A stretch of DNA of 62,893 bases, filler included, from Reclinomonas americana ATCC 50394 (lineage: Eukaryota), in the NCBI GenBank assembly GCA_048213135.1. It is 9 parts of 3 records of this genome, joined end to end, with 100 filler letters (N's around TTAATTAATTAA, not from the genome) between each part and the next. Parts side by side here need not be neighbours in the genome. Positions count along the whole stretch, not along the records: positions 1 to 13,166 come from PS015302.1; 8 more parts are not named here. The stretch is one strand, 5' to 3'. Position 1 is the first letter of the stretch, and each line of letters opens with the position of its first letter. The notes under the pieces were generated by a model that saw only the letters and a list, made by a program, of their open reading frames with translations, was not told where the DNA came from and ran no database searches. Below are positions 1 to 12,200 of the stretch, in pieces. Position numbers and translations under genes: made by a program.

Positions 1-6
1 CTTTTT

Positions 7-1325
7 GTGTTAATCCTTGCCGCTGCGGTTTGTCAGGTTCATGCGTACGCCAAGCGCCTGAAGGAGCTCTCTGAAGCGCAAGCCAAATACGATGAGTGTG
101 TGGCAGCGGCGAGTGACGCAGCTGCACTGGACGCCGACATTTTTGCCTCCGGATCGGCCCACAGCTCGCAGCTCGAGGCTCGCGAGGATGTCGATGTTGA
201 TGTGCTGCAAGACGAGCGACAGCTGCTGGCTTTCGAGGCTGCTGGGGAGTGCCTGGAGAGAGCAGACCGCGTGCGTGTCTTGTGTGGCTCAGTGCGCGAC
301 GACTCCTTGCAGCGCACACGCAACAAAACCATTGCGGACCAGTGCAGCGACCTGGGCGCACGGTGTCATCAACTGGTTGCCGAGGCGTGCACTACGATCG
401 ACAAAGCACGTGCCAGCATTCGTACGGCGCGTGAACAACAGAGCAAGCAACTGGCGGAGAGGCAAGAGGAGCGACAGCAACTGTTGCAGCAACTGCGCCT
501 GAACTCGGTGGCACTGAACGAGCTGCAGACGTTGGCCGACCAGATTGATCGGACGGACGCCAGCAACGAACGAGTGCTTGAGTCACTGCGATGTCGGGCG
601 AATGCACTGGAGCACATGGTCAACGAGTCAGTCAGCTGGTTTGGTGACGAAGCAGTCCAGTGCCGGCAGCGCATCACACGCGAAATGGACGAGTTCTGGC
701 GCGAACAGGAAGCAGCGAGTCTCATCAGCATGCTCACCACGGCGGCCGTCAAGACAGCCGAAGACGAGATCGACACCAACGTACTGCGCTACATTTCCGA
801 CATGAAGGAGGTCGACCAGAAGCGCAAGCAGCGAGGCATCCGCGATCTCTGCCGTCGCCGTTCGGAGCTCATTCGCGATCAGGAACACGAGACGCAGCTG
901 CTGAAACGAGCGCAGGACTCGGCTCGTACCTGCCGTGACTGGACATCGCGATTGGTCAAGTTTGCCGGACGGTGGATGGGTGCCGACGAGACCGAGTTCG
1001 GCCAGGTGCTCGGGCGCAGGATGCAAGCGCTGGTCATTGAGCACATCCAGGGATCTCCAGACAGCGGGACCATTGAAGCTCGTTGCGTACTCGCTGCGTG
1101 GGGACAGGCTTCAGATGACACTCACGCATGTGCGTGGTGTACAGTGGGATTGCCGTCCAAGTTGCCGGATGCTGGAGAAGATGGCACCGACGGCATCAGT
1201 GATTCACGCTCTTCGACAGTGTTCATGCTGTCCGAGCGTGGTGAATCGACGATGATGCAGTCGTCGCTGCAGTCAGCCTCCAGCCTCAGCTACAGTGTCA
1301 ACAGCAGCAGCCTCGCCATGCAAGT
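7..1325 (+). CDS. Uncharacterised coiled-coil protein, partial (long exon running into an N-gap)
   Basis: About 430 uninterrupted codons rich in E/Q/R/A/L heptad-like helices (e.g. REQQSKQLAERQEERQQLLQQLRL) with a Ser-rich end. Probable acceptor tgtcag near 36. No family recognised. Confidence 0.55.
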
Positions 1326-1794
1326 NNNNNNNNNNNNNNNNNNNNNNNNNNNNNNNNNNNNNNNNNNNNNNNNNNNNNNNNNNNNNNNNNNNNNNNNNNN
1401 NNNNNNNNNNNNNNNNNNNNNNNNNNNNNNNNNNNNNNNNNNNNNNNNNNNNNNNNNNNNNNNNNNNNNNNNNNNNNNNNNNNNNNNNNNNNNNNNNNNN
1501 NNNNNNNNNNNNNNNNNNNNNNNNNNNNNNNNNNNNNNNNNNNNNNNNNNNNNNNNNNNNNNNNNNNNNNNNNNNNNNNNNNNNNNNNNNNNNNNNNNNN
1601 NNNNNNNNNNNNNNNNNNNNNNNNNNNNNNNNNNNNNNNNNNNNNNNNNNNNNNNNNNNNNNNNNNNNNNNNNNNNNNNNNNNNNNNNNNNNNNNNNNNN
1701 NNNNNNNNNNNNNNNNNNNNNNNNNNNNNNNNNNNNNNNNNNNNNNNNNNNNNNNNNNNNNNNNNNNNNNNNNNNNNNNNNNNNNNNNNNNNNN

Positions 1795-4700
1795 GAGCGC
1801 GAAGCTTGTCCAAATTCCATTCGGCTTCCGAACGCGCCATGTCTGGTCCGAAACGTCCGGCAAACATGCGCTTGGCGACTTTGCAGGCGGTGCGACCGAC
1901 AATGCTGCGCACTTTCTCTCGCGTCCAGTTGCCTACGCCAGAGAGCACGCTGGTGGTAGAACAGGCAATGCTGTGCAACAACGCCGTGTCAGCTGCAGCC
2001 GGAAAGCAGACAGGACACGACACTAACGCAACATATCCACTTGGTGCATCTGCTCCGCCCGCAGCATGTCGCTCACCGACAGCGTCCACGAAGCGGAGGG
2101 CACATCGATCTTGTTGGCCACCACCGTATCGCACACCATCTGATAACCGTTTCTTCTGAATCCCTCAATCATGGCCTTTTGGTGCCACTCCGACACGTCC
2201 TGCATTGCACAATGAGGTTTGGGCCGCCGTCGCATGCAGTACGTGCTTGACCTAAAAAATCACCATAAACGATTTTCGATCGGCGACATCGTAGAGGAGC
2301 AAGAAGCCGTGCGCCTGTCGAAAGTACGAGCCGACAATGTGCATTGAACTGTCGCTCCCTGCATTCAACATAATAACAACATGTGGGTGATGAGAGTGCG
2401 CGAGCGGAGTGCAAAGGCGCACACACCTGGGGTATCGAGCAGCTGTCCACGGAAACCAAACGCGATACAGTCAGCAAAAAAATAGTGCGGTATAACAATA
2501 TCGATTGTAGTGCACACCCAGATTTCGTACACATGCCCGCTGTCCACGCGCATATATAACCTGTGCAACTCGGCTGCGACAACCGAGTGCTCATGTCAGC
2601 GAATTCACACACGCACGCGCACACACGCACGCACTACGCAACGGCCAATCGTAATGGTCTGTTGATCGCCAGCAACGCCACTGGCAGGAGCAAAGCACTC
2701 GCAAAAGGTACTCTTGCCAACTGCACTCAAAACACAACAGTAAGCCGATAACATCGCGTCGACAGGCAAGGATGACTGAAATTCCGAACCACCACGCGAG
2801 CCGAGCACCAGCAACTTGATGGTGCAGTGCGGCGACGCGGTGCCCCACTCTGGTTGCAGTTCAGTCTGCGTCACGCGATAGATACACACTCCAGTCAGTG
2901 TACACGTGCTGTGTGGCGCATCACTACGACTGCCATCGTACCGAGTATTCGGCAATCGGATACGCAGCGCGTTCTTTCGGCCGTGCAAACAATCGCGGTC
3001 CACCTGTGCGACGCCGTGATGAGCGACAAAAGCAAGTGGAGGAATGTGATGCAGGCAGTCGATTACAACGCAACGACCGTGCTTCTCGCGGTGGCGATCG
3101 GTGAGTACCACGGTCGCGCTGTGCAGGCGTGAATCCGCTTCACTCGCCGACTCCACGTCGCGCACATCGTCTTCGAAAAAGTTAATGTTGCGCAATCGCA
3201 TGGGACCAATCGGCTGTACACCAATATTCGGCAGTGAGTCAACACCACAGAGTCGTGTGTGCACTGTGACTAGGCGGCGCACATTCTGACCGCCACCAAG
3301 TAGGAATGACTTGGTTGAAATCAAGTCCCGATAGCGTTCAATGACCGCGTCATCCTCGGCTGTGCGTTCACGTCGTGAGCGAGCCACTGGCAAGCACATT
3401 AAAATCCACCAACCAAAGCGACGCACCTCGAGGGTTCTTGTCGAGCCAGTCCAAGGTATCTGCGAGTTTCTCCTGAAGCTGCTGGCGGTCGAGTAGTTTG
3501 TTTTTGCGCGTCAACTCTGCACCAAGCACAACGCTGTCAGCGTCGACACCAAGAAACAACGTGCACCACCACCACCAGCGGCAGCAGCAGTGCGCAACGA
3601 TGCTCGAGAAGCGACTGCAAGCAGCTGACGGTGTCCAGCAGCAGAGCGTGCGAGTCGGCGAGTTCCAGATACTTGCTCGAGTGGATGCGTGCGAGTCGCC
3701 GCTCGGCCTTGCTCTTCTCCGAACCCGTGGTCACCTCCAGCTCGCCACCCTCCACTTGCCAGTTGATATCGGAAGGAAGCGACATGTCAGCCACCTGCGC
3801 AGACATGTTCAGCGGAGACGTCACAGAGAGTGAGAGATGATGGTATGAACAATAAAGAACACGCAACATCGTCTCGTCCGGGCTCCGGTACCATCAGGCG
3901 CATGTCACTTGGATCGGCACCCACCATGAGTCGCAGCTTGAACGAGGCCGGCGGTCTCGAATCTGGACTCTTCCACTCCACCGAGCACCAGATAACGGGG
4001 TACACGGTCTCGCAGAGTGTCACCGGCTTGTCGTTGCGCAGACGCCTCCATGTGTGCTCATTGATACCTGCGTGCCGCGAGAGAAAGTGAGGGTGCCTGG
4101 ACTGGTGAAAATTAGTGGGCAACACTCGGAGCGAACCGCCGCGATGTTCGAGCACCACAAAGTTGAGTTTGCCGGGTTTCGGGCCGTGTGGAATGATGAC
4201 ATCGAGGAATTCGTCGGTCGGCTGGTGAGCATCCAGCAGGTACGCCTCCTGCTTGTCACCTGCCTTCCTGGCAACCGGCACGCCAAAAATCTGTGTGCGC
4301 AACGTGCCGGCCGTGGGTGCGGTGAGACACAGAGAGAGACAGAGGTCGCGCTGACGCTGGTCACGCACCTTGAACTTGCGATCGTCACTTTCGACCACCT
4401 GCGCCACTGTGTACGCATGCGAGAGCGCATCATCAAACTCGAACGACGCTCCCGGGTGACGTCCACTCAGTTTCGCTGCCAGAATGGCCGCCCCAATAGC
4501 CACTGCATCAGCCGGCTGCGGGACAAAGTGTGTTGTGTGCGCGAATGAGATTACACCTTGCGTCGACAACTCTGTGTGGACGTGTACACCAACCTCCTTC
4601 AGCACCGAGATGTTCTCGTGGAAGAAGCACCGATCGAGAAGAATGTTGAGCAGGTGGGGAATGTGGAACGCTCCGCCGCCAAGAATGACACAGTTGATGT

Positions 4701-6381
4701 CGCGTGGAGTTTTGCCAGCCGCACGCAGTGCATCGTGCACCGGTGTCAAGCAGCGACTGCATGGAGAGAGTGTGAGGCGCACTACCAGCATATGATTGTA
4801 AATGTTACACACAGCAGCACCTGTAAAGCGGAGCCGTCAAATCGTTGAACTGATCCCTCGTAATGGTCACCTCCAGCGACATGCCGTCGTACAGGTCGTT
4901 GATCGACACCGACACCGACACATCTGTCGACAGTGCGCTCTTGGTCTCGGCAGCATGGTGCAACAGGCGCACCATGGCATCGGCATGATTCCGAATGTCG
5001 AATTCGTGCTGCTTGCGAAACTCCTCGCAAAAGAACCTGTGCGCGTCGGGCGGGTTGAGAGATGAGGGGTTGAATGGCCATGCTATGCACTGCATGAGTT
5101 GAGCGAAACTGCACGAGACAGTGATCGAAATCAAAGCCACCACACTTGTCGGCACCGGCCGTTGACAGTACGCGCACCCCAACGGGGGAGAACTCCACAA
5201 TCGACACGTCGAGGAATGCGGCACCAATGTTGAAAACAAGACCAACACGGTATTCGTTTGCGTGATCCCAATAGTGAGCGATTGCCGACAGCGTCGACTC
5301 AGCCACCTGCGTGTATTGTCTGTGAGCAGGCCACGTGCACACAAGGGCTCCGTGCCCAACTGGACAACTGTTGCACTCACCAATGTGACACTGTGGAATC
5401 CGGCAAGCATGGCGGCGTCGGAGAGCGCACGTCGCTGTAGTGCCGAGAACACGACGGGTACGCTGAGAACAGTGTGCCGAACTTGCTCGCCGGCCGCCCG
5501 ACTTGCCGCCTCGCGTGCCTGCTCCAGGACCAGTGCCGTTACTGGGTGCAGTGAGAGGGGAAGAAAGGGAGAGAGAGAGAGGGAGACAATGTGTAAATGA
5601 AAGCGATTGTCGACTGCGAGACAAGTGCCGCGGATCACCTTCCTCGAACGCCACGGGGATCTGTCCGCCGGCCGTCTTCACCTTGGCCAGCGGCTTGAAG
5701 TACTTGTTTTGAAAGATCTCGTACACCCAGCGATCCTGCCGCTTCTCCTCAGTCAGCGTCGGCAACAATGGATCGTCTGCAGGTCGCCGTGAGGAAATCT
5801 TCAAACCCAACACACACACGCAGAGAGACGGGCACCCAACGAAAGCTGCGCCCGAGGAACATCTTGAAATCGTACAGTGTGTCGGCAGCATGCCGTGCAT
5901 GCCGCATGCGACTGAGGTAGCCCAACACGCGCGCTTGCTGACCAATGCCCGTAAACGTGATTTGCGTGCTCATCTCCACCGCCTGCGTCACAAGCGCATG
6001 ACGAACGTGCCCAAGAGACTACCAGTCACACGCACACACACGCAAGAACGCAACAGTGGTGTCGGGCACCAGGGGCTTATCAGGCGCCAAAGGATCCATG
6101 ATCAGCGTCGGTCGCACCATTGCCGCACTCGCCGCACCTCGACCACCTCCCTCATGTGCGCCAGTCGTCGTCCGCCGCACGTGATCCTTCTTCAGCTCAC
6201 CCACCCAAGGCAGCACGCGCGGCACCGGGCAGTCTGTGGTCTCTGGAGGTGTATCCACCAGTGCCACTCGCGTGTACGCCGATCCAAAGTCAATGCCACA
6301 CATAACAGGCGCAGCTGCGATGCCCGATGGACCTACTCCTTGTCCTCCTCCTCCACTGCCACTGCCACTGGCACGTCTCAT
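1795..6381 (-). CDS. Hsp70-like / Rab-like GTPase fusion protein, paralog 1 (multi-exon; 3' end lost in gap)
   Basis: Spliced translation: GIDFGSAYTRVA (Hsp70 phosphate-1), DTLYDFKMFLGRSF, VLSVPVVFSALQRRALSDAA, AESTLSAIAHY, VFNIGAAFLDVSIV, CGGFDFD, EEFRKQH, ITRDQFNDL, VILGGGAFHIP, DAVAIGAAILAA, lid DTLDWLDKNP. Then KLLVLGSRG|VGKS (G1), TITIG (G2), LLDTPG (G3), SYFRQAHGFLLLYDV, VVANKID (G4), IACST (G5). Confidence 0.85.
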
Positions 6382-6477
6382 GATTTTCGCGCCACACGAT
6401 GATCGGATATCACAGTGCCCGTTGGTCCGGCGGGTGGTGGATTTGTGCGAAACTGGATTTTCTCATTCCTTACGTAA

Positions 6478-8618
6478 ATGCCGCGACAAAAAGCTGACTC
6501 TTCCGGTGATGCCCCCAAGAAGCCCGGTGGTCCGTTCATTCAGTTCCTGCAGGAGGCGCGGCGCGGGCATATTCCAGTTACGTGAAAAGAGCTTCTCGCA
6601 AAGCACTTCGGAAATGCGGCTGTGACAGGTTGGATCCTGATGGTTTTTCTGCTTTTTTCTCGTCGTCTGTGCACTCGGTGGATGTAGGCTCTTGCGGGAG
6701 TGGGTGGAGGTGATCTGGCCGTGCGCGCTGGCGAGGTGTGGCGCAGTATGACGGACGAAGACAGAGAGGTGCGTGTGAGTGTGTGTGTAGACAGCGCAGA
6801 GTGTCTCTCACTCACCATCGCCTTGATGGTGAAGCCGTACCTGGCCATGGTCAGAGAGGCGACTGAGCGCTACCACGAGTACATGGTGAGCTTGGGCGCG
6901 GCGGCAGCGGAAGGCAGCCACAGACCAGCCCGATCGAGACGATCACACGTTTCCAGACGAGGTGCAGATTCACCATTGCTTTCGTCGTCGTCGTTGTCGT
7001 CCTCGGCATCCATGTCGTCGTCCACCACGCCGCTGTTGGATCTGGCCTTGTCGCGTGTGCCACCACCACCAAAGGTGAGAGAGTGATTACGCATGCGCAC
7101 CTCCTCTCCACACTGCAATCGCCGCTGCATATGGTGTGTGGTGTCCGGATGAAAAGAATCGTTGAAATCCTTTTCGCAGCCGCAGCCACTGACGGCCGCC
7201 GAGAGGTCAAGCGCGAGGTCTCCGACAGCAGCACGTGGCAAGCCGTCGGTGAGCGTGACGACACCGCCGCCCGGGGCTACAGAGTGATGAATGTGTGTTC
7301 GATATTCAGGATCACTCACCACCCACTGCACTCGTGCAGATGTTTGTGGGATCGGCGGTGTCGAGTGCTGCTGTGTCTGAGGTGACGCATCCATCGCCCT
7401 CCAGTGTATTCTCTTCGCCGACGCCGTCTCCACCGCCGCCGATGCTGCAAGCAGTGCCGAGACCAACAACAACCCTCTTGCAAATGCCACACAGATTGTC
7501 GACGACAACAACGCCAGAGGTGGTGCTTATTGGTGGTCTCTCGCATATTTTGGCAAGGGAATCAGTTGATACTCAAGTTGTCTCCGCGCAGTTGATGGAA
7601 CAAGGCGAGACCACGGCACGCAGAGGGGAGGTGGATTATGTTTTTTTTTGCAATTTGGTCGCGATCACTGTCGTTGTCTCACTCCACACAATTGAACCAC
7701 AAATAGGCAAGAGGAGCCATGGAGGTGCGCGCAGTCTCCCCAGCTGCAGCTGAGCGAGGGCAATCGCACTCGCTGTCAGCAGGGTCGTTCACAAAAGACG
7801 TGCGTTGTGTGTTTCTTGTCTTCGTCGTGTTGTTGTGCGATTGCGATTGACATCTGTGGTGGCGTGTCTCTCTCTGTGTACAGTGGTACAGTGTGGTGCG
7901 ACAGAATCTGGTGCGCGACAACCGGCGGTTTCTGGCCGAGTTGCAGCCGCTCGTGTACCTGCCACAGTCGAGTGCAACGGCCGGTCTCGTGCAAGTCTAC
8001 ATCATGTTTATGATTTGCAAGCGACTGCTGCAAGATGTCGACGGCACCCGGCTGCCGCCACCGACACCGGCAGTGGCACAGCTGTGGTGCGAGCACTCGG
8101 GGCATATTAACAGCTACACGGCGTTCTGCAACGCCCTCGCAGGGCAGACAATTGCCGTGCCGCATGCAACTCGGGTTGAAGTGGCGCTGTCGATGATGAG
8201 TGTTCCCGGGCCCGTCGAGAAGACCGTGACCGCGCAGCGGCTTCACGCGTTCAACTTGCTGCTTGCCACCGAGTTTGACACATCGTACGCCGAGACTGTG
8301 GCTACTGTTGGTACCGGTCGCACTCAGCCAGGTGCGTCGGCGAGCACCACCACCACCACCACCACCACCACCACGGCGGCGACGGTGAAGCGTGTGGCCA
8401 TTGTCGTCACGGCGGACGCACGAACACTGAACCTCAAGGTGAAACCGCTGTCGCTGATTCGGCAGTTGCTAAGCAAGCTGGCGGCACACTTGCATGTTCC
8501 AGAAAACGTGCTGCAGTTGCAACGACCCGACGGTGTGGTCCTGCAGCCAAGTGCGACGGTGACCGACTGTGGAATCGTAGACGGCGACCAACTGCAATGC
8601 GTCAGGCTATCGCTGTGA
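6478..8618 (+). CDS. HMG-box protein, probably continuing through an S/P/T-rich linker into a GRDP/DUF1399-like segment and a C-terminal ubiquitin-like domain (may be two genes)
   Basis: ATG 6478 MPRQKADSSGDAPKKPGGPFIQFLQEARR ... LAVRAGEVWRSMTDEDRE|PYLAMVREATERY is an HMG-box pattern. The last exon has LPPPTPAVAQLWCEHSGHINSYTAFC and a beta-grasp-like end (TLNLKVKP...LQPSATVTDCGIVDGDQLQC) stopping at 8618. Confidence 0.6.
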
Positions 8619-8739
8619 CCAATTCCATCCTTCTTTTTTTTTTTAGCCTCTCGTATTCTCTCCTCTCTGTTTCTCAATCCCGTGGGGTGCTCTCCCCTCC
8701 GTACAACCATTATTGCGAATCATGTACATATAACCATGT

Positions 8740-9163
8740 TTAACAAGCGCACTTTTGTGATTGTTGTCCCTCGTCAGTTGGTTGTGTGGCAGGTCTTTCG
8801 AGCGAGATCGTATCCGACCTTTCCGTGTCGGCCACAGACATGAGATCCTGTGTGTGCACACAGGTTGTGAGCATGTGGAGCACATTCGGCACTGTGGGAC
8901 GAAGAAAACACGCACCCTAAATCCATTGTCGCGCCGTTGTTGCAGTTTCTCGCTCGCCCATTCCGCCTCCGACTGCGCCATTCCGGGACCAAAGCAATGC
9001 GCAAACATGCGCTGCACAACAGTCTCGACGGTGCGACCGACAATGCTGCGCAGCTTATGCCGCGTCCAGTTGGGTCGCGTGTTGAACACTGCATCGGCAC
9101 TGCACGAGATGCTGTGCTCGAACTCGCCGTCATCAGAAGCACGTGACACACGGTGATGAACGC

Positions 9164-9252
<89 letters not shown>

Positions 9253-12200
9253 ACGTANNNNNNNNNNNNNNNNNNNNNNNNNNNNNNNNNNNNNNNNNNN
9301 NNNNNNNNNNNNNNNNNNNNNNNNNNNNNNNNNNNNNNNNNNNNNNNNNNNNNNNNNNNNNNNNNNNNNNNNNNNNNNNNNNNNNNNNNNNNNNNNNNNN
9401 NNNNNNNNNNNNNNNNNNNNNNNNNNNNNNNNNNNNNNNNNNNNNNNNNNNNNNNNNNNNNNNNNNNNNNNNNNNNNNNNNNNNNNNNNNNNNNNNNNNN
9501 NNNNNNNNNNNNNNNNNNNNNNNNNNNNNNNNNNNNNNNNNNNNNNNNNNNNNNNNNNNNNNNNNNNNNNNNNNNNNNNNNNNNNNNNNNNNNNNNNNNN
9601 NNNNNNNNNNNNNNNNNNNNNNNNNNNNNNNNNNNNNNNNNNNNNNNNNNNNNNNNNNNNNNNNNNNNNNNNNNNNNNNNNNNNNNNNNNNNNNNNNNNN
9701 NNNNNNNNNNNNNNNNNNNNNNNNNNNNNNNNNNNNNNNNNNNNNNNNNNNNNNNNNNNNNNNNNNNNNNNNNNNNNNNNNNNNNNNNNNNNNNNNNNNN
9801 NNNNNNNNNNNNNNNNNNNNNNNNNNNNNNNNNNNNNNNNNNNNNNNNNNNNNNNNNNNNNNNNNNNNNNNNNNNNNNNNNNNNNNNNNNNNNNNNNNNN
9901 NNNNNNNNNNNNNNNNNNNNNNNNNNNNNNNNNNNNNNNNNNNNNNNNNNNNNNNNNNNNNNNNNNNNNNNNNNNNNNNNNNNNNNNNNNNNNNNNNNNN
10001 NNNNNNNNNNNNNNNNNNNNNNNNNNNNNNNNNNNNNNNNNNNNNNNNNNNNNNNNNNNNNNNNNNNNNNNNNNNNNNNNNNNNNNAGTCGATATTGTGC
10101 ATCTTCTCAAAGCGAAGCAGGTCCGGGATGGGCAGTGCCGCCGGCTGATCCACCTTGTTAACCACCACCGTGTCAAACGCAAGTTCGTAGCCATTGCGTC
10201 GGTACCCTTCGATCATGGCTTGTCGGTGCCACGCAGTCAAGTCCTACAGCACAGAATCACCACCATTATGAGTGCACAGTCATTGAAGCGTGTACGCGCG
10301 CGAGTGTTTGTTTGACGAGCCTCAAGTGATTTCGGGTCGCTGGCGTCGCACATGAGAATGAAGCCATGCGCTCGACGGAAATACGAGCCGAGGATCCGCA
10401 TGGAGGCATCGCCACCGGGAGTGTCCATGAGCTGCAGGGGGATGCACGACCGCCTGTGAGGCCGACTGTCACACCAACCGACAACTAGAAAGACGCACCC
10501 AGATCTCGTACACGCGGCCCTCGAATGTGCGCATGTACAGTCGATGCAACTCGGCTGTACACATGAATCAGGTGCTGGTCGCAACAAAGTGCGGTGAAGA
10601 AATGCGACGTCGACGCAACGGCCAATAGTGATCAGATCATGCTCATCCGAGAGACCCGGCACTGGAGCAAAGCAGTCGCAGAAAAGTGTCTTTCCAACTG
10701 TTCATCATCATCAACAACAACAACAACAACAACAGTCAAAACCACGACGATGGCACTTGTCATGAGGGAATCAAATACCATTCTTGGAGCCGAGCACGAG
10801 CAGTTTCACCACACACTGCACCGCAGTGGCACCCCACTCGGGTAATATGGTCAGCTGCGCATCGGTGCGTCAGGGACACAGTACACGGCAGCACCGACAG
10901 TGGGCGACCTACGCAACCGAGTACTCTGCCGTCGGGTACTTGACCCGATCGTGCGGGCGAGCAAAGAGAGCAAAGCCGGCACCAAAAACGCGCTCCCTGT
11001 ACGCCAGTGGATCCATGGCTTTCCTGACGTTGCGACCCGAACCATGACGTCGTCGGTTCCGGCCGCTGTGATAGTGATGATCGGAGTGCTCCTTTGTTCG
11101 CAGTCGCAGCGGTGGTGACTGCAACAACAAAGTCGTGATGGGGCAGTCCACGGCACACTCGCAGCAGACCCGACAAAACAGCCAGACGTACCACATCTAC
11201 TTGCCCGAGGGCGACAAACTTGAGTCGCAACAGATGTGATAATCTCTCCATGACGTCGGCGTCGGGGGCTGCCGATTGGAGTCAGAATACAACGAGGAGC
11301 GGAAATCGAGCATTCACACGAACCTTGTGGCATCGCCTCCAGCCACTCCAACGTGTCTTGCACTGCACGAGACAGTGCTGAACGCACTTCGTGGTGCGAG
11401 TGTCGCAGCAGCTCTGACAAAATCGAATAGTATGTCGAGAAGTGAGAAGTGGACACACAGCAATCAAGTGAAGTGAGTGCGTGTACGAACGAGTGAAGAG
11501 CGCGGACTCTATGGACGAGATGCAGTTGAGCAGGCGAAGTTGCGGAGCAGAAAAGCGCGCGGCGGACTCTTGTGCGCGACGGATTTGGAGACGGCGTTCA
11601 CGAATCTTGCCCATCTTGGCGGGATGAAGGAATATCACACGGCCCTCGGCCACCACTGTGTCCTTCTCGTCGCCCTCGAATTTCTGGGATCCAAACACAG
11701 AGAGCAATGACTTGTCAGCACACAAATACGCGATCACTGCCAGCAAACCCCGGGCTTGTGACTTGCCGCTGAAAACAGCATATCGATGTCGCTCGGATCG
11801 TCTCCGACACGCAGGCGGATGCGATATGACTGCGACTCAGGCTCCGCCTCCGTCTCGGTGGTCAGGCGGCCGTGGATAACGGGATACACGGTTGATGAGA
11901 GCGACACAGGCTTGCCCCGAGAAATCAGTCGCCATGTTTCCTCTCGAATGCCTACCATCACGTGTGATGAGTGTGAGTGATTCATCCTTCTAAACATGGA
12001 AACAGTGCGCACTACCTCCGCGGTGCTCAAGGACGGTGATGAACGGAGACCAGTTTGGCTGGGCGGGCGATACTCGCAGATCCACTTCTCCGCCGGCAGC
12101 ACGGTGGCCATCGAGCGGATAGCCATGTTGTGCGTCCTCCTCTTGTGGCACACCAAATATCTGCAACATTGTTTCTCATTCAGTGCCGTCACTAACACCC

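Noticed and set aside
1795..3426. Roco-type (Roc-COR) or dynamin-like interpretation of the fused GTPase
   Set aside because: No COR-sized region follows G5. YFRxAHG and the short tail ending in CXC fit a Rab-like domain.
9133..10315. Long ORFs with poly-VC/poly-HT and X runs (also near 33.5, 42.0 and 46.3 kb)
   Set aside because: These are translations of microsatellites and N-gaps.
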